Made by a program: the position numbers and the translations under genes
Part shown: piece after piece, positions 1 to 8,882 of the stretch
Position numbering within the stretch: the stretch's first letter is position 1
How the letters are laid out: each line of letters opens with the position of its first letter
Assembly: GCA_963779415.1 (NCBI GenBank)
Contig: CAVZYA010000001.1
Coordinates: forward strand, 832,001-896,000
DNA from: an uncultured Acidobacteriota bacterium
Lineage (GTDB): Bacteria > Acidobacteriota > Thermoanaerobaculia > UBA5066
Reading direction: 5' to 3'
Length of the DNA stretch: 64,000 nucleotides
Notes under the pieces: model-generated
Told to the model about the DNA's origin: nothing
Seen by the model: the letters and a program-made list of their open reading frames with translations, nothing else
Database searches by the model: none

Positions 1-1190
1 CAGAAGACGCCGAGGTCGAACGTCGCGACGGCGACCGGCGTCCGCGTGTCGTGGAGGGCGTAGAACGCCTGCGTCAGGATCTTCACCCCCGCCGCGGCGA
101 AGAGGCCGAGGGAGAAGAAGAGAACGGCGAGGGACGTCTGCGTCACGTCGGCGGCGTCGAACTTCCCGCGCCGGAAGATGACGTCGATGATCGGCCGGGC
201 CACGAGGAGGAGCCCGATCATCGACGGGATCGTCACGAACCCGACGAGGCGGAGGGCGAGCGCGAGCGTTCCCCGGTAGGCCTCCCGCCCCGCGACGAGC
301 GCCTGGTCGGAGAGCGACGGGAGGACGGCGCGCGTCAGGGAGACGACGAAGCCGCCGAGGACGAAGTCGACGACGCGGAAGGCACAGAAATTGAACGTGA
401 CGAAGGCGTCTCCGAGGGCCGCGAGCGTCCGGGTGGAGACGAGGAAGGAGAGCTGGCCGACGCCGTATCCGTAGAGGCGCGGGGCGATCAGCAGGACGGT
501 CTCTTTCACCTCGGGGTCGCCGAACGGGGAGCCTCCGGCGCGGAAGCCGAGCCGCCGGGCCGCCGGAAGCTGGAGAAGCGCCTGCGCCGCGCCGCCGAGG
601 AGCACGCCGACCACGAGCGCCGTCGTCGGCGCGACGCCTGCCGGGGCGAGAAGCCAGACGGCGGCGACGATCGCGAGATTGAACGCCACGGGGGTCGCCG
701 CGGAGAGCTGGAAGCGTCCCTGCGTGTTGAGGAACGCCTCGAGGAGGGCCGCCACGGAGACGAGGAGGATGTACGGGAAGAGCCAGCGCGTCAGCGTCAC
801 CGTGAGCTCGAATTTCCCGGGGACGGAGCGAAAGCCCGACGCGAAAAGGACCACGAGGAAAGGCGCGAAGAGAATCCCGAGAGCCGTCAGCCCTGCGAGT
901 ACCAGAAGGAGGAGAGCGAGGACGCGTCCCGCGTAGGCCCCTTCCTCCCCCGGCCTCGCGCGCGCCACGCGCCGTGCCATCGGGACGAACGCCCCCGGGA
1001 GCCCCCCCTCCCCGACGATCGCGCGGAAGGTGTTCGGGATCCGGAACGCCGTGTAGAAGGCGTCCGAGAGGGCCGAGGCGCCGAGAAAACGGGCGATCGT
1101 CGCGTCGCGCAGCACGCCGGCGAGGCGCGAAAGCGTCGTCCACGCCGTGATCCCCCAGGTGGCCCGCACGACCTTCCGGGCGTCGCTCAA
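1..1190 (-). CDS. murJ: Lipid II flippase MurJ (MviN), runs off the window start
   Basis: Manual translation from TTG at 1190: MSDARKVVRATWGITAWTTLSRLAGVLRDATIARFLGASALSDAFYTAFRIPNTFRAIVGEGG...AFVP, and later QAFYALHDTRTPV; these are MurJ signatures. Confidence 0.93.
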   Translation of the reverse strand, partial: MSDARKVVRATWGITAWTTLSRLAGVLRDATIARFLGASALSDAFYTAFRIPNTFRAIVGEGGLPGAFVPMARRVARARPGEEGAYAGRVLALLLLVLAGLTALGILFAPFLVVLFASGFRSVPGKFELTVTLTRWLFPYILLVSVAALLEAFLNTQGRFQLSAATPVAFNLAIVAAVWLLAPAGVAPTTALVVGVLLGGAAQALLQLPAARRLGFRAGGSPFGDPEVKETVLLIAPRLYGYGVGQLSFLVSTRTLAALGDAFVTFNFCAFRVVDFVLGGFVVSLTRAVLPSLSDQALVAGREAYRGTLALALRLVGFVTIPSMIGLLLVARPIIDVIFRRGKFDAADVTQTSLAVLFFSLGLFAAAGVKILTQAFYALHDTRTPVAVATFDLGVF

Positions 1191-1263
1191 CTCGCCGCGA
1201 TTGTAAGGGCGCCACGCGCCCCCTTTGGTAGGATCGCCTTTCACACGGAATCGGAGGTTTCTC

Positions 1264-1680
1264 ATGGCGGGATCCGTCAACAAGGTCATCCTGATCGGCC
1301 ACCTCGGCGCCGACCCCGAAATGCGCCAGACGACCGCCGGCGTTCCGATCGCGCGCCTGCGCATCGCGACGACGGAAACCTGGAACGACCGGAACACGGG
1401 GCAGAAGCAGGAGCGGACCGAGTGGCACACGGTCATCGCCTACGACAAGCTCGCCGGAATCTGCGAACGGTATCTCGCGAAGGGGCGCCTCGTCTACATC
1501 GAGGGGGCGCTCCAGACCCGCTCGTGGGACGACAAGGAGACGGGGCAGAAGCGCTACGCCACGGAGATCAAGGCACGCGACATGAAGATGCTCGGCGCGC
1601 GTCCCGAGGGCTCCTCCGGCGTCGGTCCGGCCGTCTCCGAGCCGGCCGCCGGCGAAGCCGACGACGACGTCCCCTTCTAA
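1264..1680 (+). CDS. ssb: Single-stranded DNA-binding protein
   Basis: MAGSVNKVILIGHLGADPE...ERTEWH...; C-terminal DDDVPF tip; GGAGG RBS upstream. Confidence 0.97.
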   Translation: MAGSVNKVILIGHLGADPEMRQTTAGVPIARLRIATTETWNDRNTGQKQERTEWHTVIAYDKLAGICERYLAKGRLVYIEGALQTRSWDDKETGQKRYATEIKARDMKMLGARPEGSSGVGPAVSEPAAGEADDDVPF

Positions 1681-1723
1681 GAAAAGAGCTTGCAGCTCGC
1701 TTCGCTCGCTGAACCCGTAGCTC

Positions 1724-1796
1724 TCGGCTGACCGGTGTCAAGGGTCATCGACCGCTGCGCGGCGCGCGAAGCGCGCCCTTGACTCCGGTCAGCCGA
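1724..1796. repeat. Intergenic long inverted repeat (REP/MITE-like hairpin)
   Basis: TCGGCTGACCGGTGTCAAGGG (1724-1744) and CCCTTGACTCCGGTCAGCCGA (1776-1796) form a 21-bp inverted repeat with 1 mismatch; alternative inner hairpin GGCGCGC-GAA-GCGCGCC. Confidence 0.75.
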
Positions 1797-1814
1797 CAGC
1801 ACGTTTTCCTCTAT

Positions 1815-1838
1815 CGGCGGCTGCACAGGCAGCCGCCG
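1815..1838. terminator. Hairpin between convergent ssb and nagZ, possible terminator
   Basis: Perfect 10-bp stem CGGCGGCTGC-ACAG-GCAGCCGCCG abutting the nagZ stop; no clear U-tract. Confidence 0.45.
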
Positions 1839-2903
1839 CTATAAGAACTCTCCGTCTTTCTTTCGCTCTCTCGGCTTTTCGAGTTTCTCGAGGAAGACCT
1901 TGACCTCGTCGGCGAGTGAGGCCCATGCCTGCGGCGTGAAGGGGAGGCGGGGGGAGAAGCGGCAGCGGGATCGGAGGTTCGCGATTCGGCTCTCCGAGTC
2001 CTCCGCCGAATCCTTGATCTCCCCGACGCGGGCGACGCACTCCGCGTAGTCGTCGATCCCGCGGGCCGCGACGAGAACGTCGGCGCCGGCCGCGGCCGAC
2101 CGGGCGGCGCGCTCGGCGAGGCTTCCGGCGAGCGCTCCCATCGTCAGGTCGTCGGTGTAGACGACGCCGGCAAAGCCGATCCGGCTCCGGAGCAGGTCGT
2201 AGAAAAACGGAGAGCCCGAGGCCGGCACGCTCTCGCCCGTGAAGCCGGGGTAGGCCGCGTGGCCGACCATCACGCCGTCGGCCGTCCGCGCGAGCTTCTC
2301 GAAAGGATGGACGTCGGTCACCATCAGGTCGACGTCGTGTGCGTCGACGACCGGAAGTTGGAAGTGTGAGTCGACGGGTCCGCGCCCGAGCCCGGGGAAG
2401 TGCTTGAGGCAGGTCGCCACTCCGGCGCGCGCGAGGCCGTGGAGGAAGACGGTCCCGGCGAGCGTGACGTCCTCCGGATGAAAGCCGAAGCAGCGCCCCT
2501 CGAGAATCGTGGCCCCCGTTCCAGGCTGCGCGAGGTCGAGAACCGGGGCGAAGTCGACGTCGAATCCGAGGAGTCTTGCGGCGCGCCCCATCAGGAAGGC
2601 CGACTCGTGGACGAAGTCGGTCCCTTTCGCGGCGACCGCCTCGGCCGACGGAAACGGCGCTCCGAGAAGCGGTCCGATCCGGTCGACCGTCCCCCCCTCC
2701 TGGTCGACATAGAGAAGAGGCGATGGAGTCGAGAACCGGCGCAGCTCCTCTATCAGCGTGACGACCCGGGAGGGGGAAGAAAGATTTCTTCCAGAGAGAA
2801 TGAAACCGAGAGGCGGATTTCGGGAGAAGAACGCCCGTTCCCGCTCCTCGAGCTCGGCCCCTTCGAGCCCGAACACGAATCGCTCTGATGCCCGAAAAAC
2901 CAC
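1839..2903 (-). CDS. nagZ: Beta-N-acetylhexosaminidase, GH3 (NagZ-like)
   Basis: VDQEGG, FAPVLD, KHFPGLG..VDSH and TDDLTM motifs. Confidence 0.88.
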   Translation of the reverse strand: MVFRASERFVFGLEGAELEERERAFFSRNPPLGFILSGRNLSSPSRVVTLIEELRRFSTPSPLLYVDQEGGTVDRIGPLLGAPFPSAEAVAAKGTDFVHESAFLMGRAARLLGFDVDFAPVLDLAQPGTGATILEGRCFGFHPEDVTLAGTVFLHGLARAGVATCLKHFPGLGRGPVDSHFQLPVVDAHDVDLMVTDVHPFEKLARTADGVMVGHAAYPGFTGESVPASGSPFFYDLLRSRIGFAGVVYTDDLTMGALAGSLAERAARSAAAGADVLVAARGIDDYAECVARVGEIKDSAEDSESRIANLRSRCRFSPRLPFTPQAWASLADEVKVFLEKLEKPRERKKDGEFL

Positions 2904-2977
2904 CGTTCTCTCCCCCCTCTAGGAAATCTCTCTTTGCAGACCATGACCCCCGGGAGGACGTGACCCGGTACGCCGGG

Positions 2978-5614
2978 TCATTCCTCGCCCCGCAGTCGGA
3001 CCTTGAACGTCGCGAGGAGCTGAAGCGCGGCGAGCGGCGTCATTCCGTCGACGTCGAGCTTCCCGATCGCGTCGAGGACGAGCTCCCCCTGCCCGCGGAA
3101 GAGGTCGAGCTGCGTCTCCTTCGGCGCCGGCTCCCCGGCGTGCTCGGCGAGTCGCGGCCGGCCCCCCACGTCCAGCTGCTGCCTCTCGAGGTTGTGAAGG
3201 ATCTCCCGGGCGCGGGCGAGAACCGGCTCCGGGATTCCCGCGAGGCGCGCCACCTGCACGCCGTAGGAGCGGTCGGCCGTCCCGTCCGCGACCTTCCTGA
3301 GGAAGACGACCTCGCCCTGCCACTCCTTCGCAGTCATCATCCGGTTCTTCGCGTCGCGCTTGACGAGCGCGATCTCGGTCAGCTCGTGATAGTGCGTGGC
3401 GAAAAGGACGCGCGAGACACTCCCCTTCCCGCTGCCGTCCTCGCCGTCGTGAAGCCGCTCCGCGATGGCCCACGCGAGGGAGAGGCCGTCGAAGGTGGCC
3501 GTGCCGCGGCCGATCTCGTCGAGGATGACGAGGCTCCGCCGCGTCGCGTGCCGAAGAATGTGCGCCGTCTCGGCCATCTCGACGAGAAATGTCGACTCGC
3601 CCCGGACGAGGGAGTCCGACGCTCCGACGCGCGTGAAGATCCGGTCCGCGAGCCCCACGGTGACGGATGCCGCCGGAACGAAGGAGCCGGCGTGGGCGAG
3701 GAGGACGATCAGGGCGTTCTGGCGCAGGTAGGTCGACTTCCCCCCCATGTTCGGCCCGGTCAGGATGACGAGCCGCTCTCCTTCCCCCCCGAGGGAGGTG
3801 TCGTTCGGGATGAACGGCTCGCGGGGTCGGAGCGCCTCGACGACGGGGTGGCGGCCGTCCGTGACGAGGAGGACCGGCTCCTCGACGATCCGCGGGCGCG
3901 TCCATCGTCCGGCGCGCGCGACGCGGGCGAGGGCCGCGAGCGCATCCAGGCGCCCCAGCCGTCCCGCCGCTTCGAGGATCGCCGGAGCCTCGGCCACGAT
4001 CTCGGCCACGAGTGCCCGGAACAGCTCCGCTTCCTTCTCGAACAGCCGCGCGTCGGCCGTCCGGAGCTTCTCGTCCAGATCCACGAGCTCCGGCGTCGCG
4101 TATCGCTCGACACTCGCGAGGGTCTGCCGCTTCAGGGCCCCCTCCGGGATCTTCGCCCGCGCGGAGCCCGGGACCTCGAAGACGTGGCCGAAGACCTGGT
4201 TGAACTTGACCCGCAGGGTCGGGACGCCACGCTCCACTCTCTCCTTCGCCTCGAGGGCGGAGAGGAGGCTCGAGGCGTCCCGCCGGAGAGCGCGGATTTC
4301 GTCCACTCCCGCGTCGACGCCGTCCCGGAAGATCCCCCCCTCCCGCGCCGTCGCCGGAAGATCGGGCGCGAGTCGCGCCGCGACTCCCGCGCCGAGAGCC
4401 GACGGAACGCCGGCCGGAGACGCCTCTCCCGATCCGCGAAGGGCCCCGGCCCGGACTCCTTCGAGGAGAGGCCCGATCGCTTCTCCTTTCACGAGCCCCG
4501 CCGCGAGGCCCGCCACCTCGCGGGGCGTTGCGGAGCCGACCGCGAGGCGCGAAAGGACGCGCGGGAGGTCCGGGATCTCCCGGAGCTTCTTCTCGATCCT
4601 CTCCAGCCGCTCGGAGGACTCCATCAGCTCCTCGACGGCGTCGAGCCGGGCCTCGATCGCGCCCGCGTTCGAGAGCGGCCGTTCGAGGAGCCGCCTGAGG
4701 GCACGCGCGCCGAAAGCCGTTCCCGTCCTGTCGAGGACGTCGAGAAGCGTCCCCGCCCGCCCGCCGTCCCGGAGCGAGCGGAAGAGCTCGAGGTGCCCCG
4801 CCGTGATGGCGTCGACGACGAGCCCTTCTTCGGCCGGCTCGCTCCGGAGGGAGGTGACGTGCGCGCAGTCGGAGCGCTGCGTCCTCTGGACGTAGTGAAG
4901 GAGCGCCGCCGCCGCGTCGACCGCGGGGCCGGCTTCGGGCAAGCCGAACGGCGAAAGCGACGAGGTGCGGAAGTGCCGCTCGAGAAGCTCCGCCGCGCCC
5001 CTTCCCCGCGGCGCGGACGAAACCGGCGAGAGGATCGGCGGCTCGGCGGAGAGCGCCGGGAGCCATGCCGAGACCGTCTCTCGATCCCCCTCGAAACAGA
5101 CCATCTCCGTCGGGACCCGCCGCTTCAGCCATTCGGCGGCCGCCGCGTGCCCGGAGAGGCGGACGACGGAGAACTCGCCCGTCGAGAGGTCGAGGAAGGC
5201 GAGCGCGGCCTCCGAGGCGTCCCACGCGACGGCGGCAAGCTCGTTGGCCCGCCGGGCATCGAGCCGGTCCGGGTCGAGGAGGGTGCCCGGCGTGACGATC
5301 CGGACGATCTTCCGCTCGACGAGGGTTTTCCCCCGGAGCGCCGGCTCCGCCTGGTCCGCGATGGCGACCTTCTTCCCGGCCGCGACGAGACGGGCGACGT
5401 ACGTGTCGAGCTGGTGCCACGGGATGCCGCACATCGGGGCCTCGATGTCGCTGTCCCGGTGCCGCGCCGTCAGGACGAGGCCGAGGAGCGGCGCCGCCGT
5501 CTCGGCGTCTTCGAAGAACATCTCGTAGAAATCGCCGAGCCGGTAGAGAAGGATGGCGCCTTCGGCCTCGCGCTTGAGGCTCCAATACTGCTCGAGCATC
5601 GGCGTCGTGCGCAT
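2978..5614 (-). CDS. mutS: DNA mismatch repair protein MutS
   Basis: TPMLEQY, GDFYEMF, TGPNMGGKSTYLRQ, DEIGRGT, FATHYHEL, SYGVQVA; C-terminal clamp-binding QLDLF. Confidence 0.97.
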   Translation of the reverse strand: MRTTPMLEQYWSLKREAEGAILLYRLGDFYEMFFEDAETAAPLLGLVLTARHRDSDIEAPMCGIPWHQLDTYVARLVAAGKKVAIADQAEPALRGKTLVERKIVRIVTPGTLLDPDRLDARRANELAAVAWDASEAALAFLDLSTGEFSVVRLSGHAAAAEWLKRRVPTEMVCFEGDRETVSAWLPALSAEPPILSPVSSAPRGRGAAELLERHFRTSSLSPFGLPEAGPAVDAAAALLHYVQRTQRSDCAHVTSLRSEPAEEGLVVDAITAGHLELFRSLRDGGRAGTLLDVLDRTGTAFGARALRRLLERPLSNAGAIEARLDAVEELMESSERLERIEKKLREIPDLPRVLSRLAVGSATPREVAGLAAGLVKGEAIGPLLEGVRAGALRGSGEASPAGVPSALGAGVAARLAPDLPATAREGGIFRDGVDAGVDEIRALRRDASSLLSALEAKERVERGVPTLRVKFNQVFGHVFEVPGSARAKIPEGALKRQTLASVERYATPELVDLDEKLRTADARLFEKEAELFRALVAEIVAEAPAILEAAGRLGRLDALAALARVARAGRWTRPRIVEEPVLLVTDGRHPVVEALRPREPFIPNDTSLGGEGERLVILTGPNMGGKSTYLRQNALIVLLAHAGSFVPAASVTVGLADRIFTRVGASDSLVRGESTFLVEMAETAHILRHATRRSLVILDEIGRGTATFDGLSLAWAIAERLHDGEDGSGKGSVSRVLFATHYHELTEIALVKRDAKNRMMTAKEWQGEVVFLRKVADGTADRSYGVQVARLAGIPEPVLARAREILHNLERQQLDVGGRPRLAEHAGEPAPKETQLDLFRGQGELVLDAIGKLDVDGMTPLAALQLLATFKVRLRGEE

Positions 5615-5654
5615 GGGAAGGGGACGGGGATGCTAGCATCGCCAAAGCGCCGTG

Positions 5655-6264
5655 ATGCGTGTTCTCGCCCTCGACACGGCTTCTCCACGCCCGGCCCTGG
5701 CCCTGCTCGAAGTATCGGAGGGGGGCGGGGAGCGCATCTGGCTGCGTCCGCTCCCCCTCTCGGCCGCCGAGGCGCGTCGCCCCGGAGCTGGACGCGCTCC
5801 TTCGCGAAGCCGGCCTCTCGGCACGCGATCTCTCGCGCGTCGCCGTCCTCTCCGGTCCCGGCTCCTTCACGGGGCTTCGCGCGGGGACCGCGTTCGCCCG
5901 CGGGGTCGCTCGCGCGCTCGGCATCCCCTTCGTCGCCATCGGGACGTTCGACGCCGCGGCAGCGGCGCTCCCGGAGCTTGCCGAAGCCGTTTTCGTCCTC
6001 GACGCCGGCCGGGGGGAGGTCCACCGGGCCCGCCTCCGCCGCGGCCGGCTCGACGTGGACGCCTCACCCGTCCCTCTCGCCGTCGCGCGCGCCGAGGCCG
6101 AAGCCGGGGCGACGCCCGTCGTCGACCTCGCGCTTTCTCGAGGCTCCCTCGCCCTCGCCGCGGCCCGCCTCGCGCGGGCGGGAGAGCCGGGAGCCGGAGA
6201 GGCGAACCCGGCGTACGGCCGCCGGAGCGCCGCGGAGGAGAAGCTGGAGAGAGGACGGCCGTGA
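5655..6264 (+). CDS. tsaB: tRNA threonylcarbamoyladenosine biosynthesis protein TsaB; frameshift near 5775
   Basis: MRVLALDTAS in one frame, GPGSFTGLR and DAGRGEVH in the next; located before rimI. Confidence 0.85.
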
Positions 6265-6786
6265 GCGCTCTCGCCCTCCGCGTCGACATCCGGGAAGCCC
6301 GCCGGTCGGACCTCGACGCGGTCGCCGACCTGGAGCGGGCCTCCTTCCCGGTCCCCTGGAAGCGGGAGTACTTCGAGGCGGAGGTCGGCGCGCCGTTCCG
6401 GCGGAACCTCGTCGCCCGCGACGAGCGGGGCCGGCTGGCCGGCTACGTCTTCTGCGCCTTCGCCGGGGGCGAGATCCACGTCAACAAGATCGCCGTCTGA
6501 CCCGGCCGCGCGGCGGCAGCGGCTCGCCACGCGCCTCATGGACGAGATCCTCCGCTTCGCGGACGAGATCCGGGCCGAGGAGATCTACCTCGAGGTGAGG
6601 GTCTCGAACGCCCCGGCCCGACGGTTCTACGAAGGGCTCGGCTTCGTCGAGGCGGGCTGCCGGGCCCGGTACTATCTGGACGGCGAGGACGCTCTCGTCA
6701 TGGTTTACAGAATGCCGATCCGGCGTCTTGACGCGGTCCCCCGCGAAAAGGGAGACTCCGGAGAGTCTCCTGGATCTCCCTCCTAA
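6261..6786 (+). CDS. rimI: Ribosomal-protein-alanine N-acetyltransferase RimI; one extra base near 6498
   Basis: LERASFPVPW...EIHVNKIAV, then after the shift DPAARRQRLATRLM...LEVRVSNAPARRFYEGLGF...RARYY...EDALVM. Confidence 0.87.
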
Positions 6787-6796
6787 GGAGGTGCCG

Positions 6797-7033
6797 ATGA
6801 CGACCCTGACCGAAGAGTTGAAGCGCCAGCTCACCGACTCGCACGACGAGTTCCGGACCCTGATGAAGAGCCACCGCGAACACGAGCGCCGGCTCGCGGA
6901 GCTGGCATCCAAGACCTTCCTGACGACCGACGAGGAGATGGAAGAAAAGCGCCTGAAGAAGGAGAAGCTTCACCTCAAGGACCGAATGGAAGAAATCGGG
7001 CGCGAGCATCGCGCACGCGTTTCGGCGCACTAG
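6797..7033 (+). CDS. DUF465/YdcH-family small coiled-coil protein
   Basis: AAGGAGG RBS; EFRTLMKSH...RLKKEKLHLKD motif. Confidence 0.8.
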   Translation: MTTLTEELKRQLTDSHDEFRTLMKSHREHERRLAELASKTFLTTDEEMEEKRLKKEKLHLKDRMEEIGREHRARVSAH

Positions 7034-7074
7034 AAGAGAAGTTCCGGGGAAGCCGGGAAGGCGACCCCGTTTTC

Positions 7075-7860
7075 ATGTCCGAGCAGCCAACCGGGAAGCC
7101 CCACCGCGGCGTGCGGAGGGGGATCTACGTCCTCCCCGCGCTCTTCACGGTCGGGAACATCTTCTGCGGCTACCTCTCCATCGACTACGCCCTGAAGGGG
7201 AGCTTCGTGATGGGCGCCGCGCTCGTCTTCGTTGCGGCGTTCCTCGACGGGATCGACGGGCGCGTGGCCCGGATGACGCGGACGACGTCTGCCTTCGGCG
7301 AGCAGCTCGACTCGCTGGCCGACGTCGTCTCGTTCGGCGTCGCCCCCTCGTTCCTCGTCTACCGCTGGGGGCTCTCGACCTTCGACCGGCTCGGCCTCGC
7401 CGTCTCCTTCCTCTTCCTCGTCTGCGGCGCCTGTCGCCTGGCCCGCTTCAATGTGCAGGTGCACGTCGTGGACAAGAGGTTCTTCGTCGGCCTTCCGATC
7501 CCGGCGGCCGCGGGGACCCTCTCCGCGCTCATCTGGACCTTCTCCGAGAGCCCCGCCGACGAGGTGAAGGCGGCGTTCCTGCCGGTCACCGTCCTCCTTT
7601 CGTTCCTGATGGTCTCCACGTTCCGCTACCGGTCGTTCAAGGACATCGACCTCCGGTCCCGGCGCTCCGCGCTCCTCGTGCCGCTCGTGGGACTCGTCCT
7701 CGCGGCGATCCTCTGGCGGCCGCAGTGGGCCTTCGGCGCCCTCCTCGTCGTCTACTCGCTCTCGGCTCCCGTGACGAGGCTTCTCACCCTGCGTCCTTCG
7801 TTCCTCTCGCGGAAGGCTTCCGGGCCGGGCGAGAAGACCCCGATCCCGCCGTCCGGCTGA
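7075..7860 (+). CDS. pssA: CDP-diacylglycerol--serine O-phosphatidyltransferase
   Basis: DGIDGRVAR...FGEQLDSLADVVSFGVAP CDP-alcohol phosphotransferase motif; RLARFN; FVGLPIP. Confidence 0.92.
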   Translation: MSEQPTGKPHRGVRRGIYVLPALFTVGNIFCGYLSIDYALKGSFVMGAALVFVAAFLDGIDGRVARMTRTTSAFGEQLDSLADVVSFGVAPSFLVYRWGLSTFDRLGLAVSFLFLVCGACRLARFNVQVHVVDKRFFVGLPIPAAAGTLSALIWTFSESPADEVKAAFLPVTVLLSFLMVSTFRYRSFKDIDLRSRRSALLVPLVGLVLAAILWRPQWAFGALLVVYSLSAPVTRLLTLRPSFLSRKASGPGEKTPIPPSG

Positions 7861-7876
7861 AGGAGCGGGCCGCGAG

Positions 7877-8878
7877 ATGACCCCCTCGTCGTCCCCCCGC
7901 GGCCTCGTCGTCGCCGTGCTCGAACCGATGACGCTCCTCGGGCGCGACGTCCTGGCCGTCCTCAAGGAGCGCGGCTTTCCGGCCTCCCGCACACTTCTCT
8001 TCCACACCCGCGGCCCCGACGGGCTCCTCGCCGAGGAGGAGGGCGAGGCCGCCTTCGTCGCCCCCGCGACGCCCGACGCGCTGGAGACGGCCGACGTCGC
8101 CTTCTTCTGCGGGAAAGCCGCCGACACGGCTCGCTTTCTCGAGGCCCGGACTCCCGACGCCTGTATCGCGATCGACCTCTCCGGTCTCCGGAGCGGCGGC
8201 ATCTTCACCCGCCCGGACGATTCGCCGGGAGCCCCGCCCCTTCCCGGGGGAAACCTCTTTCTCACCTTCGAGCCGGTCGCCTCCGTCCTCGCCGAAGCGG
8301 TTTCCGTCGTCGACGCCCTCGTTCCCGTCGCGGCTCTCACGGCCGCCGTCGACCGGCCGGCAAGCGAGCTGGGGAAGGAGGCGCTCGACGAGCTGTTCCG
8401 CCAGGCGATCGCGATCGCCCGGTTCGAAGCGCCACCAAAGGAGAAATTCGGGACCCAGGTCGCGTTCAACGCGCACTTCCCCGCCGACACGGCCGGGTAC
8501 GAGTCGCGGGTCGCGGAGGACGTCGCGCGACTTCTCGGGCGGCCCCTCCCGACCACGATCCTCTCCGTCCGCAGCGGCGTCTTTCACGGTCATCTCCTCC
8601 GCCTCGAGATCCGAACGAACGGCCCCGCGCCGGACGCCGGCGACATCCGCACCGCTTTCCGGAAGAAGGCTTCCTTCGAGGAGAGCGACCCCGAGAGCCT
8701 CTCCGGGCCCGTCGAGGCCGCCGGACGCGACGAGACGCTCCTTTTGCACGCGGACTCCTCGGGGACGTCGGTCCGGCTCGGCCTGGCGAGCGACCATCTC
8801 CGCCACGCGGGCGCCGTCATGGCCGTCCGCCTCGCGGAGCAGGCCGTCCGCGAGCGCGGCCTCCTCGCCGACGCCTGA
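7877..8878 (+). CDS. Aspartate-semialdehyde dehydrogenase-family protein, degenerate (Usg-like)
   Basis: Asd-like segments DVAFFC, ASELGKEALDEL, QVAFN, GVFHGH; lacks the GATG nucleotide motif and the NPNC catalytic Cys. Confidence 0.7.
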   Translation: MTPSSSPRGLVVAVLEPMTLLGRDVLAVLKERGFPASRTLLFHTRGPDGLLAEEEGEAAFVAPATPDALETADVAFFCGKAADTARFLEARTPDACIAIDLSGLRSGGIFTRPDDSPGAPPLPGGNLFLTFEPVASVLAEAVSVVDALVPVAALTAAVDRPASELGKEALDELFRQAIAIARFEAPPKEKFGTQVAFNAHFPADTAGYESRVAEDVARLLGRPLPTTILSVRSGVFHGHLLRLEIRTNGPAPDAGDIRTAFRKKASFEESDPESLSGPVEAAGRDETLLLHADSSGTSVRLGLASDHLRHAGAVMAVRLAEQAVRERGLLADA

Positions 8879-8882
8879 AACC

